Origin: Patescibacteria group bacterium | Lineage (GTDB): Bacteria > Patescibacteriota > Patescibacteriia > Buchananbacterales > UBA6539 | DNA length: 64,000 nt | Assembly: GCA_041662625.1 (NCBI GenBank) | Contig: JBAZSB010000001.1 | Span: 471,093 to 535,092 of the forward strand | Reading direction: 5' to 3' | In this document: positions 57,499 through 64,000 of the stretch, one piece after another | How the letters are laid out: every line of letters begins with the position of its first letter | Position numbering within the stretch: position 1 is the stretch's first letter | The notes under the pieces: model-generated | Told to the model about the DNA's origin: nothing | Databases searched by the model: none | Seen by the model: only the letters and a program-made list of their open reading frames with translations | Made by a program: the position numbers and the translations under genes

Positions 57499-57735
57499 TT
57501 ACTTAATCAGCATCAACAAATTCTCCTCATCAAATTCGGAAATTTCACCTTTCTCTCTTAACTCCCCAACTACTTTTTTTATCTCTTCTGCACTCACTCC
57601 CCCATCAATTAGCTCTTTAACTAACGCACCATAGACATTCGGCTGTTCCCGATAATCTAAGCTTTTGATTTGATATAAAGCATCTTTAATCTGCTGTCTG
57701 TTTTTGAAAACTTTTTTGGCAGAAAATAAAGCCAT
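57499..57735 (-). CDS. Small hypothetical protein between secY and adk
   Basis: 78-aa ORF. The usual infA/rpmJ genes are not present in this position. Confidence 0.35.
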   Translation of the reverse strand: MALFSAKKVFKNRQQIKDALYQIKSLDYREQPNVYGALVKELIDGGVSAEEIKKVVGELREKGEISEFDEENLLMLIK

Positions 57736-57769
57736 AAGTTAACTGTCAAATGTTAACTGTAAACTGTTA

Positions 57770-59047
57770 TTATAGGCCTTCGTAATCCCGCATTGTTAGC
57801 TGGGATTCGATCTGTTTATAGGTTTCAATCACTACAGACACAACAATCAGCAAACTGGTACCACCAATAGTCAGACTGGCCATTCCAGTGAAACCCTGTA
57901 AAATCAAAGGTAAAACAGCAATAATACCTAAAAATAAAGCCCCCGCTAAAATGATTCGATTAGTTGTATTAGTCAGGTATTCTTCCGTATGCTTACCCGG
58001 CCTAATCCCGGGAATAAAACCACCTTGTTTTTGAAGATTTTCCGAAATCTGATCAGGCTTGAATACCACTTCTGTGTAGAAATAGGTAAAACCAAAAACC
58101 AAAACAAAATATAAAATACCGTAAAAAAGCTGGTTTTGAAAAAGGGCAATCGTCTTTTCGGCAATACTGACTAGAATTGCGGTTTTTGCGCTCAAGAAAA
58201 ATTGAGCAATCATAGGTGGGAACAAAATAATGGAAATGGCAAAAATAATCGGGATGACTCCGGCCATATTAACTCGCAATGGCAAGTGAGTGTTGACACC
58301 GCCATACATTTTCATTCCCCTGACCCGCTTAGCATAGGAAACCGGGACATTACGTTGACCCTCAGTGATTATTACCACCCCAACAATAGTTAAAAGCGCA
58401 ATCCCGGCAAACAAAAATAAAGTTATAATTTGTGATTTATCAAAAACTAAAAAAGTCTGCTGGATAGCACTCGGCAGCTGGGCCACAATGCCGGCGAAAA
58501 TAAATAAAGAAATACCATTACCAATATGTTTTTCAGAAATTAGTTCACCAAGCCACATCAAAAAAACAGTTCCAGCCGTAGCCGTCACTAAAATCATTAC
58601 TAACCGCCAAGGGGTTAAATCAGTAAAAATTTCTACGCTTGACTGTCGCAACAAAGCAATCAGACCATAAGCCTGCATCATCCCTAAAGGAACAGTCAAG
58701 ATTCGTGTCCATTGGTTAATTTTATGCCGACCGGCTTCACCATCTTTGGAAATTTCTTCCAGGCGCGGAACAATCATTACTAAAAGTTGAAAGATAATTG
58801 AAGCGGTAATGTAAGGGGCAACACCCATGGCGACAATGGAAAAACTTTCCATTCCCCCGCCGGACAAAATATTCATGATGCCCAAAAGTTGATTAGCGGC
58901 AAAAAAATCTTTGATTGCTGCTGTATTAATACCAGGTATCGGAATATGAGCGGCAATTCGAAAAATAACCAGCATTGCGGCAACAAACAAAATGCTGTCT
59001 CTTAAATCTTTAATTTTCCAAATTTGAATCAATTTTTTCCACCACAT
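57770..59047 (-). CDS. secY: Preprotein translocase subunit SecY
   Basis: 425 aa, 10 TM. Position after rplO in the spc operon. Confidence 0.9.
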   Translation of the reverse strand: MWWKKLIQIWKIKDLRDSILFVAAMLVIFRIAAHIPIPGINTAAIKDFFAANQLLGIMNILSGGGMESFSIVAMGVAPYITASIIFQLLVMIVPRLEEISKDGEAGRHKINQWTRILTVPLGMMQAYGLIALLRQSSVEIFTDLTPWRLVMILVTATAGTVFLMWLGELISEKHIGNGISLFIFAGIVAQLPSAIQQTFLVFDKSQIITLFLFAGIALLTIVGVVIITEGQRNVPVSYAKRVRGMKMYGGVNTHLPLRVNMAGVIPIIFAISIILFPPMIAQFFLSAKTAILVSIAEKTIALFQNQLFYGILYFVLVFGFTYFYTEVVFKPDQISENLQKQGGFIPGIRPGKHTEEYLTNTTNRIILAGALFLGIIAVLPLILQGFTGMASLTIGGTSLLIVVSVVIETYKQIESQLTMRDYEGL

Positions 59048-59108
59048 TTTATCAGTTGTAAGTGAGTAAGCCGAGATAAGCCGAGATAAGTTAAATTCTT
59101 ATCTGGAC

Positions 59109-59573
59109 TTATTTCTTATCTTGGCTTGCCAGCTGGACTTGGCCGCCTGCTTCTATTATAGCTTTTTTTGCTGATTCTGAGAAACTGTCAGCACTAACGG
59201 TAAATTTCTTGGTTAATTTGCCATCGCCTAAAATTTTCACGCCAGTTTTTGCCGTTTTAATTAAATTTTTAGCAATTAATTTTTTAGCGTTAATTAGTTC
59301 TCCTGCTTCAAAACTACTTTCCAGTTGATCTAAATTGACTATTACCATTTTTGGCTTTAAACTCCTAAAACCGCCAATTTTCGGTTTATTTCTTAGACGT
59401 TGCTTTTAACCTCGGCGCTTTAAACCACCTTTACCGCCCGAACGGGATTTTTGGCCTTTCAAGCCGCGCGTACTATAAGTTCCATGGCCAGAAGCATTCC
59501 CGCGACCAACTCGCTTGGATTTTTTTCTGGCTTTTTTATTAACTTTTAAATTGTGTAAAGTTAGTTCAGACAT
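59109..59573 (-). CDS. rplO: Ribosomal protein L15 containing an in-frame TAA at codon 55 (+ strand 59406-59408). The track ORF 59109..59348 is only the C-terminal part.
   Basis: Manual translation from the ATG at 59573 gives [80 protein letters not shown].... It aligns with bacterial L15 across the stop (E. coli ..[30 protein letters not shown]..). Confidence 0.6.
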
Positions 59574-59577
59574 AGAT

Positions 59578-60144
59578 TTAACTAGCAGCTTTCTTAGTTT
59601 CTACTTGAGCCGCCTTATCGGCATTTTTATCACCCGTTTCCACTTTCGGCTCAACCTTTTTTAACATCTGCAAGGCTTTAATGGTTGCTTTAACATTATT
59701 AATTTTATTATTAGTACCCAAAATTTTTGCCACAACGTTAGAAACTCCGGCCAAATCTAAAACCATTCGAACTGCCCCGCCGGCAATAATCCCAGTACCT
59801 TTAGGAGCCGGCTTAATAAGAATTCTGGCGGCACCAAATTTAACATCAACCCGATGAGGGATAGTTTCATTGATAATCGGAATGCTAACTAAGTTTTTTC
59901 TTGCTTTAGTCACGGCTTTATTAACCGCCAAAGTTACATCCGCCCCTTTAGCCACGGCTGAACCAACCTTGCCCTTCCGATCCCCAATTACAACACAAGC
60001 ACGAAATCGCATCCGTTTACCGCCGGCCATCACCCGAGTGACTCGAGCGATATCAATGATTACCTGATCAAATTCTCTGTCAGCACCCTTATCCGCCCCT
60101 TGGTTTCTCGGACCTCTATTAGATTTTTTATTACCAGTTGTCAT
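59578..60144 (-). CDS. rpsE: Ribosomal protein S5
   Basis: IDIARVTRVMAGGKRMRFRACVVIGD, GTGIIAGGAVR. Confidence 0.9.
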   Translation of the reverse strand: MTTGNKKSNRGPRNQGADKGADREFDQVIIDIARVTRVMAGGKRMRFRACVVIGDRKGKVGSAVAKGADVTLAVNKAVTKARKNLVSIPIINETIPHRVDVKFGAARILIKPAPKGTGIIAGGAVRMVLDLAGVSNVVAKILGTNNKINNVKATIKALQMLKKVEPKVETGDKNADKAAQVETKKAAS

Positions 60145-60162
60145 AATTATAAAATTTATAGA

Positions 60163-60522
60163 TTAGAACTCAAGTCCACCCTTTCTGGCACCATCAGCGG
60201 CGGCTTTAATTCGGCCATGATACTGGTAGCTTGATTTATCAAAAACTACTTTTTTAATTCCCGATTTAATTGCTTTACTGGCGATTAATTCTCCGACTTT
60301 AAAAGCCATATCCGTCTTTTTAATTCTGCTCCCTTTGATTTCGGTATCTTTAGCAAAAGCTAATGTTGCCCCTTTCTGGTCATCAATCAATTGAGCATAT
60401 AAATGTTTAAGACTCCGAAAAACTACCAGGCGGGGTTTTTTGGCCGTGCCAAAAATTTTTGCCCGAATTCGGCCTTTCCGGCGTAATCGCTTTTGTTGTT
60501 TAATAATCTCTTTTTTTGCCAT
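60163..60522 (-). CDS. rplR: Ribosomal protein L18
   Basis: LVVFRSLKHLYAQLIDD...FDKSSYQYHGRIKAAADGAR. Confidence 0.9.
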   Translation of the reverse strand: MAKKEIIKQQKRLRRKGRIRAKIFGTAKKPRLVVFRSLKHLYAQLIDDQKGATLAFAKDTEIKGSRIKKTDMAFKVGELIASKAIKSGIKKVVFDKSSYQYHGRIKAAADGARKGGLEF

Positions 60523-60574
60523 ATCCCGTTAAAAATTTATTTAATTTAATTTATTATTCATTAAATTAATTGGG

Positions 60575-61120
60575 CTATTCACCCTTGACTGCTGACTTCC
60601 CAACTTTTCTTCTGATTATCTCGTCCGTATATTTTATCCCCTTACCTTTATAAGGTTCGGGCTTTCTCATTGACCTAATCTCCGCGGCGGTCTGACCAAC
60701 GACTTGCTTGTCAATGCCAGAAACAGTAATGATATTTTTTTCAACTTTGATTTCAATTCCAGTGGGAATATTATATTCAATCGGGTGAGAATAACCTAAA
60801 TGCAAAACCAAATTGCTTCCTTGGACTGCTGCTTTATAACCAATACCATTAACCTCAAGTTGTTTAGAAAAACCTTGGGTGACACCAATAATCATATTGG
60901 CAATCAGGCGTCGAAATAAACCCCAAAGGGATTTTTGCTGTTTAAGTTGAGGATTCTTAACCAAAAGTGATATTTCATTATCTTTCTTTTCCACCATAAC
61001 CAAAGGATTAATTTCTTGAGTTAATTCACCTTTTGGTCCCTTAACAAAAATTTTATTATCAGTAATCTTTACCTCCACCCCTTCAGGAATTACGATTAAT
61101 TGTTTACCAATTCGACTCAT
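60575..61120 (-). CDS. rplF: Ribosomal protein L6
   Basis: MSRIGKQLIVIPEGVEV...GYSHPIEY. Confidence 0.9.
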   Translation of the reverse strand: MSRIGKQLIVIPEGVEVKITDNKIFVKGPKGELTQEINPLVMVEKKDNEISLLVKNPQLKQQKSLWGLFRRLIANMIIGVTQGFSKQLEVNGIGYKAAVQGSNLVLHLGYSHPIEYNIPTGIEIKVEKNIITVSGIDKQVVGQTAAEIRSMRKPEPYKGKGIKYTDEIIRRKVGKSAVKGE

Positions 61121-61124
61121 ATTT

Positions 61125-61526
61125 TTAATATATTTCGCAAATTATTTCACCACCGAGCTTATTTTTTCTTGCTTCCTTGTTGGTCATTAAGCCGGAAGAA
61201 GTGGAAATAATTGCAATACCTAAACTATTTAAAACTCTTGGCAATTCGTCTTTTGCAGCATAAACGCGCCGGCCTGGCTTACTGATTCTTTTGATGCTGG
61301 TAATCGCTGGCTGGCTACCTTGATATTTTAAAACAATTTTTATTTCATCATAATTATTGCCATTACTCCCCTTTTCAATCTTTTCGACATTTTTAACATA
61401 GCCCTTTTCTTTTAAAATCCCGGCAATTCCGAACTTTATTTTAGAAAAAGGTAAAACCACCTCTGGCTTTCTTACCGCCAAGGCATTACGAATTCTAGTT
61501 AACATATCCGCGATTGGATCAGTCAT
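61125..61526 (-). CDS. rpsH: Ribosomal protein S8
   Basis: [15 protein letters not shown]. Confidence 0.9.
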   Translation of the reverse strand: MTDPIADMLTRIRNALAVRKPEVVLPFSKIKFGIAGILKEKGYVKNVEKIEKGSNGNNYDEIKIVLKYQGSQPAITSIKRISKPGRRVYAAKDELPRVLNSLGIAIISTSSGLMTNKEARKNKLGGEIICEIY

Positions 61527-61568
61527 ATAAATCTAATTTAGATTATTATTCATTATACATTAGTTATC

Positions 61569-61754
61569 TTACCAACTTGATTTTCTAATCCCCGGAATTT
61601 GACCATTATTAGCTAATTCCCGAAAGCAGATGCGGCACAGATTAAAATCCCGCATATAACCTCGAACGCGACCACAACGCCAGCATCGTCTGACTATCCG
61701 ACTAGAATACTTTGGAGTTTTATTTGATTTTGCAATTTTTGCTTGGGTTGCCAT
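61569..61754 (-). CDS. rpsN: Ribosomal protein S14, zinc-binding type Z (61 aa)
   Basis: CWRCGRVRGYMRDFNLCRICF Cys4 motif. Confidence 0.85.
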   Translation of the reverse strand: MATQAKIAKSNKTPKYSSRIVRRCWRCGRVRGYMRDFNLCRICFRELANNGQIPGIRKSSW

Positions 61755-61761
61755 AAATTAA

Positions 61762-62304
61762 TTATTCTTTACTAAAAGGAAAACCTAAAAGTCTTAGTAA
61801 TTCTAAACTTTCTTCTCGACTTTTAGCGGTAGTCACAATGGAAACTTGCAGACCGTGAATTTTTTCAACTTCATCAGATTTAATTTCCGGAAAAGCAATA
61901 TTTTCTTTAAAACCGATATTTAAATTTCCCCGCTGATCAACAGAATTAGGATTTAGGCCGCGGAAGTCTCTGACCCGAGGCAAGGTAGCATTAATTAATT
62001 TATCAACAAAGTCATCCCGTCTTTTACCTCTTAAAGTTACCATCATACCGACGATTAAGCCTTTTCTGATTTTAAAATTAGATATTGATTGCTTAGCGGC
62101 AGTTTTAATTGGTCGCTGACCGGTAATCCGCGTTAAAGTACCTTCGGCGACTTCATTAAACTTGGCGTCTTTTAAACCAGGGCCAGTTCCAATATTAACT
62201 ACCACTTTTTCAATCCGAGGAATTGCTAAATCATTTTTATAACCAAATTTCTTCTTGAGGGCGGGTGCAACTTCCTTTTTATATTTTTCTTGTAAACGAC
62301 TCAT
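61762..62304 (-). CDS. rplE: Ribosomal protein L5
   Basis: MSRLQEKYKKEVAPALKKKFGYKN...GMMVTLRG. Confidence 0.9.
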   Translation of the reverse strand: MSRLQEKYKKEVAPALKKKFGYKNDLAIPRIEKVVVNIGTGPGLKDAKFNEVAEGTLTRITGQRPIKTAAKQSISNFKIRKGLIVGMMVTLRGKRRDDFVDKLINATLPRVRDFRGLNPNSVDQRGNLNIGFKENIAFPEIKSDEVEKIHGLQVSIVTTAKSREESLELLRLLGFPFSKE

Positions 62305-62308
62305 ACTT

Positions 62309-62617
62309 TTAGATTATTTCTTTACATTTTTTACAAATTCGAACTTTTTTCTGATTGACCAAAATCTTATAACCAGGATGAGTGACCTTATTACAACGAG
62401 AGCAAACTAAGGCGATATTACTAATTGCCAAAGGGGCGGGAAACTGGATGCGTTGGCCTTTTTCACCTTGCTTTTTTGGCCGCATATTTTTAAATAGTAA
62501 ATTAACTCCCTCAACTGAAACTTTGTTGCGTTTATTAAAAATCTGTAAAACTTTACCCGTTTTACCTTCATCCTTACCCGTTAAAACTTTTACTTTGTCA
62601 CCTTTTTTTACCTTCAT
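62309..62617 (-). CDS. rplX: Ribosomal protein L24 (KOW domain)
   Basis: MKVKKGDKVKVLTGKDEGKTGKVLQI. Confidence 0.85.
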   Translation of the reverse strand: MKVKKGDKVKVLTGKDEGKTGKVLQIFNKRNKVSVEGVNLLFKNMRPKKQGEKGQRIQFPAPLAISNIALVCSRCNKVTHPGYKILVNQKKVRICKKCKEII

Positions 62618-62655
62618 AATATGTTAATTGCTAACTGTTAATTGTTAAATGTTGT
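62618..62655 (-). promoter_or_regulatory. Tandem TTAACAATTAAC-type units (coding-strand ...ACATTTAACAATTAACAGTTAGCAATTAACATATT-ATG) directly upstream of rplX. Related copies are at 36960-37090, 37250-37290, 37655-37695, 46777-46810, 49347-49391 and 57736-57769.
   Basis: The motif ends within ~5-10 nt of start codons in at least five places. Confidence 0.4.
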
Positions 62656-63027
62656 CTATACCACTTCTGGGGCTAATGAAATTATTTTATTAAATCCTTG
62701 ATTTCTTAACTCTCGGGCCACGGGACCAAAAATCCGGGTACCTTGAGGTTCTTTATTTTTTTGATCAATGATCACTGCAGCATTATCATCAAAGCGGACA
62801 TAAGAACCATCTTTCCGACGAATTTCTTTTCTGGTTCGAACAATCACGGCATGCAAAACTTCGCCTTTCTTAACGGCGCTATGGGGTACTGCCTCTTTAA
62901 CCGAAACCGTGATGATATCACCGATTCGGGCATAACGTTTTTTGTTTCCACCTAATACCTTAATACACTGGAGTTTTTTGGCACCAGTATTATCGGCAAC
63001 TTTTAACATTGTACGTAATTGAATCAT
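62656..63027 (-). CDS. rplN: Ribosomal protein L14
   Basis: [27 protein letters not shown]. Confidence 0.9.
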   Translation of the reverse strand: MIQLRTMLKVADNTGAKKLQCIKVLGGNKKRYARIGDIITVSVKEAVPHSAVKKGEVLHAVIVRTRKEIRRKDGSYVRFDDNAAVIIDQKNKEPQGTRIFGPVARELRNQGFNKIISLAPEVV

Positions 63028-63086
63028 ATTTTTAGCTTATAGCTTATAGCTTATAGGAATTTTCACTACATCCTAACAGCTACAAG

Positions 63087-63335
63087 CTAACTAATTACTC
63101 GCCACTTTTTATCTTTGCTGATCGGCCGACACTCGATAAAATTTACCTTATCACCAATTTTATATTTATTCTCGGGATCATGAACTTTGTATTTCTTAGA
63201 TACGGTATAACGTTTTAAATACTTGGGGTGAAGACGGGTTCCTCTAACTTCCACCACAATGGTTTTATCGTTTTTATTAGAAACTACAGTACCGACAAAT
63301 TTTCTTTTAATTACTTTTTTCTTGTCTTGAATCAT
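63087..63335 (-). CDS. rpsQ: Ribosomal protein S17
   Basis: GTVVSNKNDKTIVVEVRGTRLHPKYLKRY. Confidence 0.85.
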   Translation of the reverse strand: MIQDKKKVIKRKFVGTVVSNKNDKTIVVEVRGTRLHPKYLKRYTVSKKYKVHDPENKYKIGDKVNFIECRPISKDKKWRVIS

Positions 63336-63339
63336 AAAA

Positions 63340-63567
63340 TTATTTATTGGTTTTAACTCCCGATCTATTCTTTTGACTTAATAAAAACATTATCTGGGCC
63401 AAAGTCTTTTTCACTTTACGAACTTCCCTGACATTTTTCAACTGCTCCGAAGAAACCTTAAATCTCAATTCACGCGACTTCTCCCGCCATTCAGCTAAAA
63501 GCTTTTGTAATTCTTTATCGGATTTAGTTTTTAACTCTTTAAATTTCATAATCAGCTTATTTAACAA
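63340..63567 (-). CDS. rpmC: Ribosomal protein L29
   Basis: 75 aa, coiled-coil. Position between rplP and rpsQ. Confidence 0.7.
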   Translation of the reverse strand: MLNKLIMKFKELKTKSDKELQKLLAEWREKSRELRFKVSSEQLKNVREVRKVKKTLAQIMFLLSQKNRSGVKTNK

Positions 63568-63961
63568 TAAAACTAGTCTTAATCGGTAATTTATGCGCTG
63601 CTAACCGCATTGCCTCTTTAGCTTTTTCTTCTGTTACGCCGTCCATTTCAAACAAAATCATACCCGGTTTGATTACGGCGACATAATGATCAACCGGTCC
63701 CTTACCTGAACCCATGGTAGATTGTTCACCTTTCTGGGTCACCGGTTTGTCAGGAAAAACTCTAATCCAAATTTTACCACCTCGTTTAATAAAACGAGTC
63801 ATCGCGCGACGGGCAGCTTCAATTTGCCTCGCCGTCAGCCAACAATTACCTAATCCTTTCAAAGCATATTTGCCAAAACTAACGGTGGTCCCTGCTGACG
63901 CGGTACCCTTGAGTCTACCTTTATGCCACTTTCGATGTTTTACTTTTTTTGGTGATAACAT
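63557..63961 (-). CDS. rplP: Ribosomal protein L16
   Basis: [19 protein letters not shown]...[10 protein letters not shown]. Confidence 0.9.
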   Translation of the reverse strand: MLSPKKVKHRKWHKGRLKGTASAGTTVSFGKYALKGLGNCWLTARQIEAARRAMTRFIKRGGKIWIRVFPDKPVTQKGEQSTMGSGKGPVDHYVAVIKPGMILFEMDGVTEEKAKEAMRLAAHKLPIKTSFIVK

Positions 63962-63965
63962 ATCT

Positions 63966-64000
63966 TACTTCTTGGTTATAATATTTTTATTATTTGGTTC
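63966..64000 (-). CDS. rpsC: Probable 3' end of the rpsC (S3) gene, truncated by the window edge
   Basis: The minus-strand frame reads ...EPNNKNIITKK*, ending at TAA (~63966), directly upstream of rplP as in the S10/spc operon order. Confidence 0.3.

Overview
This is an AT-rich (~35% GC) bacterial window whose gene order is best explained by a Candidate Phyla Radiation / Patescibacteria-like genome. Supporting signs are a compact ribosomal-protein cluster with no L30 gene between S5 and L15, a zinc-type S14, many small membrane and secreted proteins, and several glycosyltransferases. Coordinates I derived by hand for non-track features may be off by one or two bases.

Recognisable core genes on the minus strand include:
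- the spc-operon segment rplP, rpmC, rpsQ, rplN, rplX, rplE, rpsZ, rpsH, rplF, rplR, rpsE, rplO, secY, adk and map;
- ruvX, recO, aspS, scpA, scpB, tpiA and a dacA-like carboxypeptidase;
- hup, uppS, rarA, a Nudix hydrolase, pilT and an htrA-like protease;
- an ECF sigma / anti-sigma pair and a two-subunit 2-oxoacid:ferredoxin oxidoreductase.

At the 5' end there is a probable surface-glycosylation neighbourhood. It holds a partial B12-binding radical SAM gene, a GT4 glycosyltransferase, two paralogous membrane-embedded GT-C (ArnT/PMT-like) glycosyltransferases flanking a TPR gene, and a 1246-aa Ser/Thr/Gly-rich secreted protein.

RNA genes: tRNA-Trp, tRNA-Thr(UGU), tRNA-Tyr and tRNA-Thr(GGU) sit on the minus strand with a 23S-IVS four-helix-bundle gene between them. 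tRNA-Pro(CGG) is on the plus strand.

The most unusual observations are these:
1. tRNA-Pro sits on an 11-bp extended stem and is nested between two tRNA-like half-molecules. Their acceptor-stem halves are mutually complementary with compensatory changes, and the 3' half ends in CCA.
2. Several GC-rich segments (47-60% GC) carry canonical TTGACA/TATAAT promoters, strong Shine-Dalgarno sites and their own terminators. They are at 20.1-22.8 kb, 28.55-29.04 kb, 41.2-41.8 kb, 45.9-46.2 kb and 50.9-54.5 kb. The last is a pyrK-pyrD-codA-like island.
3. rplO contains an in-frame TAA at codon 55.
4. Four families of recurring intergenic elements: a ~47-nt promoter-like element containing two TTGAWTCAA palindromes; tandem TTAACAATTAAC units directly upstream of start codons; long hairpins built from tandem 6-9-nt words; and a dispersed GC-rich repeat family with terminal inverted repeats.
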